A program made the position numbers and the translations under genes. From the NCBI GenBank assembly GCA_020725625.1, contig DYET01000052.1, forward strand, positions 20,805 to 84,804: 64,000 bases of DNA, read 5' to 3'. Source of the DNA: Desulfovirgula sp. GTDB lineage: Bacteria; Bacillota; Desulfotomaculia; Desulfotomaculales; Desulfocucumaceae. This document shows positions 9,277 to 18,781 of this stretch, in pieces (within the stretch, counting starts at the first letter, position 1; each line of letters opens with the position of its first letter). The notes under the pieces were generated by a model. It saw nothing but the letters and a program-made list of their open reading frames with translations. It did no database searches and was not told the origin of the DNA.

Positions 9277-10665
9277 TCAGTTATCCTCCGGGGGCAGCAC
9301 CTTGCCGGGATTCATGATTCCCCCGGGATCAAGGGCCCGTTTCATCCGGCGCATTATGTCCACCCCGGTTGCCCCCAACTCCCATTCCATGTATTTAACT
9401 TTATCCAGCCCAATCCCGTGCTCGCCGCTCAGCGTTCCGCCCATCTCCAAGGCGGCCCTGAACATTTCGTCTATGGCCTGCTTCACCCGCTGCATTTCAT
9501 TCTTGTCGCGCTCATCGGTAAGTATGATGGGGTGCATGTTGCCGTCCCCCGTGTGGCCCAGGATGGCCACCTTGATCCTGTATTTCCCCGTAATTTCAGC
9601 TATCTTTTTGACCATATCCGGAAGCATGCTTCGCGGTACGGTCACGTCTTCTACAATCAGGGTGGGGGCGCTGCGGGCCATAGAGGAGAACGCGGCCCTC
9701 CGGGCGGTCCAGATCTGGTTTGCCTCTTCCTCGGAGGCGGCCACCCTTATCTCCCGGGCCCCTTCCTTTCTGCAAACCTCTTCCACCTTTTTGATCTGGA
9801 CGGGAACGTCGCTTTCGCTGCCGTCCACCTCCACCAGAATGGCTGCGGCCGAGTTCACGGGAAGCCCGCAGGGCCGGGAGGCCTCGATCAGCCGCATTGC
9901 CTCCCTGTCCATGTATTCCAGGGTGGTGGGAATAATCCGGGCTGCGATTGTGGCGGAGACAGCCCGGGCGGCGTCCAAAATGTCGTCAAATATAGCCATC
10001 AGCGTGCGCTTGGCCTCGGGAAGAGGAATAAGGCGGAAAATTATTTCCGTAAAAATTCCGAGGGTCCCCTCGGATCCTGTTAGCAGCTTGGTTAAATCAT
10101 AGCCGGTGACATTTTTGACGGTTTTGCCGCCTACCTTCAGAACCCGGCCGTCCGGAAGGACCATTTTCAGTCCCAGCACATAGTCACGGGTCACTCCGTA
10201 CTTGAAGCCTCTGGGGCCGCCGGCGTTGGTGGCCACGTTCCCGCCCAGGGTCGACATGTTCAGGGCCTGCGGGTCGGGAGGGAAAAACAGCCCCAGTTCC
10301 TCTACCCGCCGCTGGAATTCCGCTGTAATCACACCCGGCTCCACCACTGCGCACAGGTTTGCGGTGTCAATCTCGATAATCCTGTTGAAGCGGTGCATGG
10401 CCACCACAATGCCCCCCCTGGCAGGGACCGAGGCGCCGCATATATTGGTGCCGCCGCCCCGGGGTATTACCGGGACTGCCGCTTTACTGGCCAGGGACAT
10501 GATCCGGGACACCTCTTCGGTTGTGCCGGGTATCACCACTACCCCGGGGAGGCAGCTGTTGAACGTGGAGTCGTAGGAATAGCATATTAAATCCTCTTTA
10601 TCGGTCAGCACGTGCTCTTTCCCCACAATGTTTTGCAGGGACCTGATCAAATTGCTGTCCGCCAT
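9277..10665 (-). CDS. FAD-linked oxidase (GlcD / D-lactate dehydrogenase family)
   Basis: 462 aa with a FAD_binding_4-type N-terminus (PRGGGTNICG) and the C-terminal GEHGIG motif. Its stop is 1 nt before the Fe-S subunit gene. Confidence 0.88.
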   Translation of the reverse strand: MADSNLIRSLQNIVGKEHVLTDKEDLICYSYDSTFNSCLPGVVVIPGTTEEVSRIMSLASKAAVPVIPRGGGTNICGASVPARGGIVVAMHRFNRIIEIDTANLCAVVEPGVITAEFQRRVEELGLFFPPDPQALNMSTLGGNVATNAGGPRGFKYGVTRDYVLGLKMVLPDGRVLKVGGKTVKNVTGYDLTKLLTGSEGTLGIFTEIIFRLIPLPEAKRTLMAIFDDILDAARAVSATIAARIIPTTLEYMDREAMRLIEASRPCGLPVNSAAAILVEVDGSESDVPVQIKKVEEVCRKEGAREIRVAASEEEANQIWTARRAAFSSMARSAPTLIVEDVTVPRSMLPDMVKKIAEITGKYRIKVAILGHTGDGNMHPIILTDERDKNEMQRVKQAIDEMFRAALEMGGTLSGEHGIGLDKVKYMEWELGATGVDIMRRMKRALDPGGIMNPGKVLPPEDN

Positions 10666-10924
10666 GAACCCCCACCCCAGACAATGCCGATTAACAGGTC
10701 CGGTGTTCCAACCAGTTAAGTAAAATTATACCCTCTGATTAAAAATCTTCAAGGTGAAATCCGCAGGTATTAAACCGGCATGGGAGTCTGGATTTCGGAC
10801 TCTGGATTCTGCCGTCCGGAGGAGGCTTTTTAGATTACAGGCCCGGACTGTTACTGTTTGGCATAATTGGTAACATATACAAATTCGGTGTCATATTATG
10901 GTATCAAAAAGGGAGGGTGTGCAC

Positions 10925-11269
10925 ATGGGTTACGGAACAAGCCCGGGGCCGGGCCCGGTCGGACACGTTCACGATTACCTGGGAGTAACTTCTTTTGATT
11001 TCGGCCATGTTCATTTTTTCCGTGGTGTATCCAGCCGCGCATACGGCGGGGTGGATCCGCACACGCATGTCCTGGCCGGCACCACCACCTTCAACGACGG
11101 TCATACCCACGACTACAGGATTGTCACCGGACCGGGTATCCCCGCCGGTCCGGGGTTCCACGTCCACCGTTACTTCGGGTTGACGGCGGCGGCCGGAGTT
11201 GGTCCGCATGTTCACCGGATGTCCGGTGTAACCGCGCCGGCGCGGAATGATACGGCGATCCGGGCCTGA
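10925..11269 (+). CDS. YmaF-family protein (His-rich, six HxH motifs)
   Basis: Repeated GHVHDY, GHVHFF, PHTHVL, GHTHDY, FHVHRY, PHVHRM. ATG at 10925 follows AAGGGAGGGTG. The track ORF starts 9 codons earlier. Confidence 0.7.
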   Translation: MGYGTSPGPGPVGHVHDYLGVTSFDFGHVHFFRGVSSRAYGGVDPHTHVLAGTTTFNDGHTHDYRIVTGPGIPAGPGFHVHRYFGLTAAAGVGPHVHRMSGVTAPARNDTAIRA

Positions 11270-11298
11270 TAACCCCGGTCAGCGGGCCTACTTTGGAG

Positions 11299-11331
11299 GA
11301 CATCCCCAAGTCCTGCGGGATGTCTTTGTTT
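11299..11331 (+). terminator. Intrinsic terminator after the ymaF-like gene
   Basis: GACATCCC-10nt-GGGATGTC followed by TTTGTTT. Confidence 0.7.
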
Positions 11332-11428
11332 GACCGTGTTTTCCGGATCGCGCCGGTTCGGGTTGCCTGAATCCCGCTGTGGCTGTAAAATTAATTTCTG
11401 AGCAGTGTTGATCAGTGGGGTGGTTTTT

Positions 11429-12466
11429 ATGCCCCCGACCGGTTTGGTATACGACGAGGCGTACCTGGATCACGACACCGGCGGGCACGTGGAAAGGGCG
11501 GACAGGCTAAGGGCGGTCATGGACGGAATAGTGAAGGCGGGTCTGATGGGCGGCATCGAAATGTTCAAGCCGCGGCCGGCCACTACCGGGGAATTGAGGC
11601 TGGTTCACGACAAACATTACATTGAGAAGGTGGAGGCTTTTTCCCGCCGCGGAGGGGGTTCCTTTATGGGAGGGAACAGAGGGTCCTCCCGGACCTGCGA
11701 GGTGGCAGTGCTGGCCGCCGGAGGCGCCATAACGGCAGTGGAAAGGGTCCTGGAAGGCAGGGTTGCGAACTGCTTCGCCCTGGTCAGGCCGCCGGGCCAC
11801 CATGCCAAGCCCTCCCTGGGACTGGGTTTTTGCTTTTTCAACAACCTGGCGGTTGCAGCCCGGTACGCCCTGAGTAAAGGCCTGCAAAGGGTGCTGGTGG
11901 TGGACTGGGACGCCCATCATGGTAACGGCATCGAGCGGATTTTCTACCGGGACCCCTCCGTACTTTACTTTTCGGTGCACAGGGCCCTGGGTTACCCGGG
12001 GACCGGGTGGCCCGAAGACATCGGAGAGGGCCCCGGTGAGGGATACAACATCAACGTGCCCCTGCCCCGGGGGGCCGGGGACGGGGATTACCTTGAAGTT
12101 TTCAGGCGCGTTCTGATTCCGGTGTGCAGCCAGTACCGGCCCGAGATGATCATGGTGGCCGCCGGGCAGGACTCCTACCGGGGGGACCCCATCGGCGGGA
12201 TGGGCTTGAGCGAAGAGGGCTTCGGCCGGCTGGGGGCGGTAGTGGCCGGATTGGCCCGGCAGGTGTGCGGCGGCCGGCTGGTGGCCACCCTCGAGGGAGG
12301 TTATGCCCTGGGTGGGCTGGCCCGGTGCACGGTGGAGATACTGCGGTCCTTCATGGCTCCGGGAGAAATTTTAGGCCGGGCGGAAGACTGCGTGCAAGTC
12401 GGGTCCGGAACTGCGCGGGTCGTTGGCCGGGTGGTTTCCAGGCTGGGAAAATACTGGCGCTTTTAG
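11429..12466 (+). CDS. Histone deacetylase-family protein (AcuC/acetoin-utilisation-like deacetylase)
   Basis: The MPPTGLVYDEAYLDHDTG start, RPPGHHA and DWDAHHGNG motifs are typical of class I/II HDAC-like amidohydrolases. ATG follows GTGGGGTGG. Confidence 0.85.
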   Translation: MPPTGLVYDEAYLDHDTGGHVERADRLRAVMDGIVKAGLMGGIEMFKPRPATTGELRLVHDKHYIEKVEAFSRRGGGSFMGGNRGSSRTCEVAVLAAGGAITAVERVLEGRVANCFALVRPPGHHAKPSLGLGFCFFNNLAVAARYALSKGLQRVLVVDWDAHHGNGIERIFYRDPSVLYFSVHRALGYPGTGWPEDIGEGPGEGYNINVPLPRGAGDGDYLEVFRRVLIPVCSQYRPEMIMVAAGQDSYRGDPIGGMGLSEEGFGRLGAVVAGLARQVCGGRLVATLEGGYALGGLARCTVEILRSFMAPGEILGRAEDCVQVGSGTARVVGRVVSRLGKYWRF

Positions 12467-12582
12467 CGGACAGGAGGTTTCCCCGCCTCTTGGACCCGCC
12501 TGGCAATCACCCGGTACTGGGTGCCGTCATGGGTTCCCCGGGGCTGGTAGTCAAAGCCCTCCCCGGATTAAGGAGTAGACGG

Positions 12583-13407
12583 ATGGGAAAGAAGGATTTC
12601 AGGAAATGGGCCCTGGCCAAGGTAAAGAGGGCGATCGTTGATTACGGGATGATCGCCGGAGGCGACCGGGTGGCGGTGGGGCTGTCCGGGGGCAAGGACA
12701 GCGGCGTACTTCTTTACGCCCTGGATGCGGTGAGGCGGACGGCCCCCATAGAGTTTGAGATATACGGCATTTTCCTGGACCTGGGTTTCGGCATGGACAT
12801 CGCCCCCCTTGCGGAATTCAGCCGCCGGATCGGGGTGCCCTTCAGGTACCAGGCCACCGACATCGGGCAGACGGTATTCGATCTGAGGGATGAAAAAAAT
12901 CCCTGTGCACTTTGCTCGAACCTGAGGCGGGGGGCGCTAAACGACCTGGCCCTGGGCCTGGGGTGCAACAAGGTGGCTCTGGGCCACCACCTGGATGACG
13001 TGGTGGACACGTTTTTCATGAGCCTCTTTTATACCGGCCAGCTCAGGACCTTTTCCCCCAATACCTTCCTGGACAGGACCGGTCTTTACATGATCAGGCC
13101 CCTGGTTTACCTGGGCCAGGAAACCGTAAGGGAACTGGCCGCCCTGGAAAAGGTTCCGGTCATTGAAAACCCCTGCCCGGTCAGCGGCTTCACCAAGCGC
13201 GAGGAGGTAAAACAGCTTGTGGCCGGGCTCAGGTCGAGGTATCCGGACCTGAGGGAGAAGGTGCTTTCAGCCCTGCAGGGAGCCGACTTGAAGAACCTCT
13301 GGCCCAGGGCCCTGCCCCGGACCCGCCGGACCAGGGGGCCGGGGCTGGAGGCAGTCTCAGGAGACCCGGGGATTAAGGAAGGCAGCGGCCGGGAGACCGA
13401 ATGTTAA
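12583..13407 (+). CDS. PP-loop ATPase, tRNA 2-thiocytidine (TtcA)-like
   Basis: SGGKDS PP-loop, CALCSNLRRG and GHHLDD motifs. ATG 12583 is preceded by AAGGAG. The upstream part of track ORF 12124.. overlaps the HDAC gene and is Arg/Gly/Pro-rich (not coding). Confidence 0.75.
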   Translation: MGKKDFRKWALAKVKRAIVDYGMIAGGDRVAVGLSGGKDSGVLLYALDAVRRTAPIEFEIYGIFLDLGFGMDIAPLAEFSRRIGVPFRYQATDIGQTVFDLRDEKNPCALCSNLRRGALNDLALGLGCNKVALGHHLDDVVDTFFMSLFYTGQLRTFSPNTFLDRTGLYMIRPLVYLGQETVRELAALEKVPVIENPCPVSGFTKREEVKQLVAGLRSRYPDLREKVLSALQGADLKNLWPRALPRTRRTRGPGLEAVSGDPGIKEGSGRETEC

Positions 13408-13555
13408 TTTTTCGCGAAGGGGATTCTACGTTGTTCGGACCCCCTTCGGCTGGTTCAACACGCTGGAGATTGACGCCAAGGGACACCCCTATTCCAGAGT
13501 CGCCAGAAAAGTCTAGCATGCCTTCCTCCGGTGAAAACCTTTTTATTTCTACGTA

Positions 13556-13606
13556 TTGACAGCCCGTCCAGATTAATCATATACTTTACTAAGATACTTA
13601 ACTAAG
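13556..13606 (+). promoter_or_regulatory. Promoter of the MFP-RND operon (TTGACA-18-TATACT) overlapping tandem 13-nt repeats ATACTT(T/A)ACTAAG x2; spacer contains the palindrome GATTAATC
   Basis: TTGACA 13556-13561, GATTAATC 13571-13578, TATACT 13580-13585, repeats 13581-13593 and 13594-13606. Confidence 0.5.
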
Positions 13607-13788
13607 CAAACCTTTTATGTGCTTAATTAAGAGGATGGTCCTTTAACAATGCCTTCAGCACGTCAAGAGGAAACAAAAAATTTTGAAAACGGATGCCGGG
13701 GCGCAAGCCCTGGTGTCCTTTTCTGTTTTCCGGGATTCCTGCCCTGCGCAGGAATTTATTTTTGACATGTAACGACGGGGGTCGGGTT

Positions 13789-15048
13789 ATGAGAAAAAAA
13801 AGAGTGTTGCTGACGGCGCTTTTAATCGTCCTGGCGGTTTCCGCGGGCTGCAGCGGCAAGGAGGGCGCCGCCGGCGGGGGAGGCGCCAGGGGTCCCGGCG
13901 CGGTGGCGGTGAAGGTTGCTCCGGTGGAGACCGCCGACATCAGGGAGATTAAATTCTTCAACGGGCAGGTCCAGCCCCTTCAGTCCACAGTAATGGCGCC
14001 GAAAGTGGCCGGGAGGGTGGCCTCGGTGGCCGTCCGCATCGGCGACCCGGTGAGAAGGGGGGACGTCCTCTTCCAGCTGGACACCTCGGAGCTGTCGGCC
14101 CAGGTCAGAACCCAGGAAGCCGACCTGGCCATGGCCAGGGCCAAGCTGGAAATGGCCCAGAAGAACAGGGAATATTTTCAGAAAACCCTGGACAACTATA
14201 AAAAGCTGTACGAGGCCGGGGCCCTTTCCAGGGAAAAGTACGACGAAATGGCCTTGAAATACGAACAGGCCATGTCGGGAGAGTTTGAAGCCTCGGTGGC
14301 CAAGAGCGAGGCCGCTCTCAATTACCAGCGGAGCCTCCTGGAGGGATCGACGGTGCGATCCCCCATCGACGGGGTGGTTTCCTTCGTTAACGTGGAAACC
14401 GGGCAGAACGTTACCACCTCCACCCAGGCCGTGGGCGTAGTCAACATTAGTATTGTGAAAATCAAAATTTTCGTCGGTGACCAGCAAATCAACCGGTTGG
14501 CGAAGGGCCAGCCGGTGGAAATAGAAATCCCGGACGTCAGAAGCACGCCTTTCACCGGGACAGTGGCCGCCCTGAGCCCGGCGGTGGACCCCGCCGTCAA
14601 GGGCTACCCGGTGGAGATTGAGCTGCCCAACCCGGAGGGCCTGATCAAGCAGGGCATGTTCGCCAGGGTCAAGGTGGCTGTGAGGGAAAGCAAAAACGCC
14701 GTCCTGGTGCCGGTGGACGCGGTGATTAACCGGCCCGAGGGCAGGTTCGTGTTTGCCGTGGAGAACGGGAAGGCCAAGGAGTACAAGGTGGAGACGGGGA
14801 TAGCCGAGGGCGGCAAGGTCGAGATCACCACCGGCGGCCTGAAGTCCGGCGACCAGGTGGTCACGGTGGGCCACCAGTCGCTGGTGGACGGCATGGCGGT
14901 TAGGCTGAGCCAGGACAGCAGGCCCGGTTCCCAGGGGGGGAAACCCGAGACTGAAAAGGGACAGGAGGGAGCTTCCGGGAGGCCCGCCGGCGAGAAGGGG
15001 AAAGGTGCCCCGGAAGGAACCGGGACCCGGGGAGGTAGCGGCAGATGA
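13789..15048 (+). CDS. Efflux RND transporter periplasmic adaptor (membrane fusion protein), lipoprotein
   Basis: MRKKRVLLTALLIVLAVSAGCSG signal and lipobox, then HlyD_D23-type barrel-sandwich and coiled-coil regions and a Gly/Glu-rich tail. Overlaps the RND gene by 4 nt. Confidence 0.88.
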   Translation: MRKKRVLLTALLIVLAVSAGCSGKEGAAGGGGARGPGAVAVKVAPVETADIREIKFFNGQVQPLQSTVMAPKVAGRVASVAVRIGDPVRRGDVLFQLDTSELSAQVRTQEADLAMARAKLEMAQKNREYFQKTLDNYKKLYEAGALSREKYDEMALKYEQAMSGEFEASVAKSEAALNYQRSLLEGSTVRSPIDGVVSFVNVETGQNVTTSTQAVGVVNISIVKIKIFVGDQQINRLAKGQPVEIEIPDVRSTPFTGTVAALSPAVDPAVKGYPVEIELPNPEGLIKQGMFARVKVAVRESKNAVLVPVDAVINRPEGRFVFAVENGKAKEYKVETGIAEGGKVEITTGGLKSGDQVVTVGHQSLVDGMAVRLSQDSRPGSQGGKPETEKGQEGASGRPAGEKGKGAPEGTGTRGGSGR

Positions 15049-18000
15049 AAATCACCGACTTCTCGGTGGAACGCCCGGTGGCCATGGTTATGATCATCAT
15101 CGGGATGGTGGTGCTGGGGCTGACTGCCCTCAGGTACCTTTCGGTGGACCTGCTGCCGGAGATTACCAACCCCACTCTGACCGTGTCGGCCTCCTATCCC
15201 GGGGCCGGGCCGGAAGAGGTGGAAAAGGACGTCACCCGGGTCATCGAGGCGGCCGTGGGTACGGTCAGCAACGTGGAAAAGATAACCTCCAACAGCCGGG
15301 TGGGTTCCTCCCAGGTAAGGGTGCAGTTCGCCTGGGGAACCAATATGGATACCGCCCAGGCCGACGTCAGGGCCAGGCTGGAGATGTACAAGCGCCGGCT
15401 TCCCGACTCGGTGGAAAACCTGGCGGTTTACAAGTTCGATACATCGATGTCCCCCATAATGTCCATCGCCGTTTCGGGGCCGCGGGACCTCTACGCTTTA
15501 AGGCAGATGGTGGAAGACAACATCCAGCCCGCCCTGGAGAGGGTCCCGGGAGTGGCCGGGGTGAGCGTTTCCGGAGGGCTGACCCGGGAAATCCAGGTCC
15601 AGGTCGACCCCGGCAGGCTGCAGCAGTATGGGCTGACCGTCAGCCAGGTGTCGCAGACCCTGCAGTCTGAGAACGTTGACGTATCGGGAGGGGTTTTGCC
15701 CCGGGGGCAGAAGGACTACGTGGTCAGGGGCCTGGGCAGGTACAAGACGGTGGAGGACATAAGGGCCCTCCCGGTAATGTTGCCTGGGGGCGGAAGCGTC
15801 CGCCTGGGCGACCTGGCGGAAGTGGAAGACGCCTTTGCCAAGATCAGCAGCTATGCCATGCTCAATGACAGGCCGGCCATCACCCTCTTCGTCAACAAGC
15901 AGAGCGGGTCGAACACCGTGGACGTGGCCGACCGGGTCAAGCGGGAAATGGAGAAACTGAAAAGGGACCTCCCCGGCGACTTGGATTTCGCCCTGGGATT
16001 CGACCAGTCCGAGACGGTCCGCAACTCCATCACCGACATCAACCGCAGCATCATGCTGGGGGGCAGCCTGGCGGTGCTGGTGCTTCTTCTGTTCCTGAGG
16101 AACCTTCGCACCACCGTGGTTATCGCTACCACCATTCCCTTTGCCATTATAACCGCCTTTTCCCTGATGTATTTCAACAACATGACCCTGAACATGATGT
16201 CCATGGCCGGCCTGGCCCTGGGCGTCGGCCACATGGTGGACTACGCCATTGTGGTCCTGGAGAGCATATACCGCCACTGGCACCAGGGCCTGCCGCCGAA
16301 GGAGGCGGCCAAGCAGGGGACCCGGGAGGTGGGGACGGCCGTTACCGCAGCGGCCCTGACGGTGGCGGTGGTCTTCCTGCCCATGGTGTTCATCAAGGGT
16401 CTGGCCGGGCAGCTCTTCAAGCAGTTCGCACTCACCGTGGTTTTTTCCCAGCTGGCCGCCCTTTTCGTGGCCCTCACCCTGGTTCCCCTGATCTGCTCCC
16501 GGATCCTCCGGCGGGCCGAGAGCCTCAGCGACGGGAAGAGCTGGTGGAACAAAATTTTCCGCAAGAGCGAGGACTGGTACAACAGCCTGGACGAGGGTTA
16601 CCGCCGGGTTCTCAAGTGGTCCCTGGGCAGGAGGGCCAGGGTCGTCGTGATCGCGGCCCTGGTTACCCTGGGCAGCCTGGGCCTGACCCGGTTCATCGGC
16701 GCCGAGTTTATGCCGGCCCAGGACTCCGGCCAGATTAATATAAACGTGGATATGCCGGTGGCCACGGCCCTTTCAGAAACGGGCAAGGTGCTGGAGCTAA
16801 TCCGCCGGCAGGTGCAGACCATCCCCGAGGTGGAGTCGGTGCTGACCATCGTGGGAGGAGGGGGCTTTGGATCGACCAGCACCGATCAGGGGCGGATGAA
16901 CATCAGGCTCAAGGATGACCGGAAAAGGACGACGGACCAGGTGATGGCCGAAATGAGGGGCAAGGTCATGGGTATACCCGGGGCCACCGTCAGGATTTCG
17001 GAAAGCTCGAGCATGGGCATGCTGACCAGGGCCTTCACCGGGAGGGCCATAGAAATAACCGTCAAGGGCAACGACCTGAACGTACTGAGGGACCTGGCGG
17101 AAGAAATGAAAGCAGCGGTGGAGGGAGTTCCGGGAACCCACCACGTGGGCCACAGCATGGCCACCGGCAGGCCCGAGCTGCAGATGCACATCAACCGGGA
17201 CAGGCTGGCCCATTACGGGATTTCCTCATCCCAGGTGGCCTCGGTGATCAAGATTGCCGGCGAGGGCCAGGTGGTCTCCACCATGGACCAGGGGGGCAAG
17301 CTCACCGACGTGAGGCTGATCCTGGACCCCATTACCAGAAGGGACGTCAACTCCGTGAAAGGGCTGAATTTTATCGCCCAGAACGGGGCCAGGGTGCCCC
17401 TTTCAGAGGTAGTGGACATGCAGGAGGGAGAGGGCCCGCGCAATGTCGAGAGGGCCGAGCAGTCAAGGGTGGCCTATGTTTACGGTGATTACTCCGGGCG
17501 GGACCTGGCCAGCGTGATCAGCGACATTGAACGGAAGCTGAACGCCATACCCTTGCCGCCGGGCTACAGCTTCTACATCGGCGGCCAGAGCCAGGATATG
17601 GCCCAGTCCTTCGGCGACCTGGGGCCGGCCCTGCTGCTGGCCATTCTGCTGGTGTACATGGTTATGGCCGGGCAGTTTGAGTCGCTTCTCTACCCCTTCG
17701 CGATCATGTTTTCCATTCCGGTGGCGGTCACCGGGGTTGTGCTGAGCCTGCTGTTAACCGGCAGGTCCTTCAGCGTGCCTGCCTTTATCGGTATAATCAT
17801 GATGTGCGGAATAGTGGTGAACAACGCCATCGTTTTGGTGGACTACATCAGGCAGCTTAAAAACCGGGGCCTGGCCAGGGACGAAGCGGTAGTGCGGGCA
17901 GGCCCGGTGAGGCTGAGGCCCATCCTGATGACCACCCTGACCACACTCTTCGCCCTTGTCCCCCTGGCCCTCGGCCTGGGCGAGGGGACCCAACTCCAGG

Positions 18001-18161
18001 CGCCCATGGCCACGGTGGTTATCGGAGGACTGTTTGTTTCCACCGCCCTGACCCTGGTGGTGGTGCCCGTGGTGTACACCCTGTTTGACGACCTGGGGCG
18101 CGGGATTGCGGGCCGGTACCGGTCCTGGAGGGCCGGCCGGGAGTCCGTCGCAGGACCTTAA
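15045..18161 (+). CDS. Efflux RND transporter permease (AcrB/AcrD/AcrF family)
   Basis: 1038 aa. MKITDFSVERPVAMVMIIIGMVVLG start and a 12-TMS pattern with two large extracytoplasmic loops. Confidence 0.93.
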   Translation: MKITDFSVERPVAMVMIIIGMVVLGLTALRYLSVDLLPEITNPTLTVSASYPGAGPEEVEKDVTRVIEAAVGTVSNVEKITSNSRVGSSQVRVQFAWGTNMDTAQADVRARLEMYKRRLPDSVENLAVYKFDTSMSPIMSIAVSGPRDLYALRQMVEDNIQPALERVPGVAGVSVSGGLTREIQVQVDPGRLQQYGLTVSQVSQTLQSENVDVSGGVLPRGQKDYVVRGLGRYKTVEDIRALPVMLPGGGSVRLGDLAEVEDAFAKISSYAMLNDRPAITLFVNKQSGSNTVDVADRVKREMEKLKRDLPGDLDFALGFDQSETVRNSITDINRSIMLGGSLAVLVLLLFLRNLRTTVVIATTIPFAIITAFSLMYFNNMTLNMMSMAGLALGVGHMVDYAIVVLESIYRHWHQGLPPKEAAKQGTREVGTAVTAAALTVAVVFLPMVFIKGLAGQLFKQFALTVVFSQLAALFVALTLVPLICSRILRRAESLSDGKSWWNKIFRKSEDWYNSLDEGYRRVLKWSLGRRARVVVIAALVTLGSLGLTRFIGAEFMPAQDSGQININVDMPVATALSETGKVLELIRRQVQTIPEVESVLTIVGGGGFGSTSTDQGRMNIRLKDDRKRTTDQVMAEMRGKVMGIPGATVRISESSSMGMLTRAFTGRAIEITVKGNDLNVLRDLAEEMKAAVEGVPGTHHVGHSMATGRPELQMHINRDRLAHYGISSSQVASVIKIAGEGQVVSTMDQGGKLTDVRLILDPITRRDVNSVKGLNFIAQNGARVPLSEVVDMQEGEGPRNVERAEQSRVAYVYGDYSGRDLASVISDIERKLNAIPLPPGYSFYIGGQSQDMAQSFGDLGPALLLAILLVYMVMAGQFESLLYPFAIMFSIPVAVTGVVLSLLLTGRSFSVPAFIGIIMMCGIVVNNAIVLVDYIRQLKNRGLARDEAVVRAGPVRLRPILMTTLTTLFALVPLALGLGEGTQLQAPMATVVIGGLFVSTALTLVVVPVVYTLFDDLGRGIAGRYRSWRAGRESVAGP

Positions 18162-18181
18162 CGGGACGGTCTTGCTGCCTT

Positions 18182-18209
18182 GGCGGCGGCCGGAAACAAG
18201 GCCGCCGCC
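18182..18209 (+). terminator. GC-rich hairpin after the RND gene (possible terminator, no clean U-tract)
   Basis: GGCGGCGGCC-8nt-GGCCGCCGCC, a 10-bp perfect stem. The downstream sequence is only moderately T-rich. Confidence 0.4.
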
Positions 18210-18233
18210 TGTGATGATGGCTTTTATTCTGTA

Positions 18234-18262
18234 TTGACAGATTAGTCTGCCGCCCATAGACT
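18234..18262 (+). promoter_or_regulatory. Promoter of the marR-efflux operon (TTGACA-17-TAGACT) with GATTAGTC in the spacer and ACTTAAC at the -10
   Basis: Shares GTATTGACA, GATTA(A/G)TC and ACTTAAC with the promoter at 13556-13606. Confidence 0.5.
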
Positions 18263-18326
18263 TAACGTGGCGAACTGTAAGCACACTGGTAATCCGGTTG
18301 GGAGTGGTTGTTTGAACGCCTCCGGC

Positions 18327-18758
18327 ATGAAGGAAAAAAGGCTTGAGGATCTGGACAGGGTTTTTCAAGAAGTGGCCCGCAGTATTTCGGGGAAGATCTT
18401 TCAAAACGCCGACCAGGTGTTGACCCATCCCCAGTATTTCATGCTCAAAAGGATCGAATCGAATCCCGCCACGGTTTCCGAGGTGGCCGACTACCTCGGG
18501 GTCTCCTTGAGTGCCGTCACTTCAATGGCCGACAGGCTGGTAAAAATGGGGTATGTTTCCAGAAAGAGGTCGGAAGACGACAGGAGGCTGGTCTGGCTGA
18601 AGCTGACCCCCGCCGGCAGGGAAGTGCTGGCGGAATCAACCAGGAAGAGAAGGGAAGTAGTGTACGGGCTCCTGGGCAGGCTTCCCGAGGAAGACCTTAC
18701 TGCCCTTCACGACATTTACACCAGGTTGCTGGGTTTGATTAAAGAGGTTGTGGATTAA
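18327..18758 (+). CDS. MarR-family transcriptional regulator
   Basis: wHTH core FMLKRIESNPATVSEVADYLGVSLSAVTSMADRLVKMGYVSRKRSEDDRRLVWLKLTPAGREV. The start is uncertain: ATG 18327, in-frame TTG 18312 after GGGAGTGG, or the track start 18267. Confidence 0.85.
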   Translation: MKEKRLEDLDRVFQEVARSISGKIFQNADQVLTHPQYFMLKRIESNPATVSEVADYLGVSLSAVTSMADRLVKMGYVSRKRSEDDRRLVWLKLTPAGREVLAESTRKRREVVYGLLGRLPEEDLTALHDIYTRLLGLIKEVVD

Positions 18759-18781
18759 TAGAGACAGTCAGGAGGGGTGTT

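Noticed and set aside
12124-12582. N-terminal 153-codon extension of the TtcA-like ORF in the track.
   Set aside because: It overlaps the 3' end of the HDAC gene in another frame and is Arg/Gly/Pro-rich. ATG 12583 has an AAGGAG RBS and begins the conserved PP-loop protein.
13373-13519. 48-codon minus-strand ORF (MLDFSGDSGIGVSLGVNLQRVEPAEGGPNNVESPSRKINIRSPGRCLP) with a very good SD (GGAGGAAGG, 5-nt spacing).
   Set aside because: It overlaps the 3' end of the convergent TtcA-like gene, has no recognisable features, and has no promoter I could see. It is kept only as a note. Ribosome profiling would be needed to support it.
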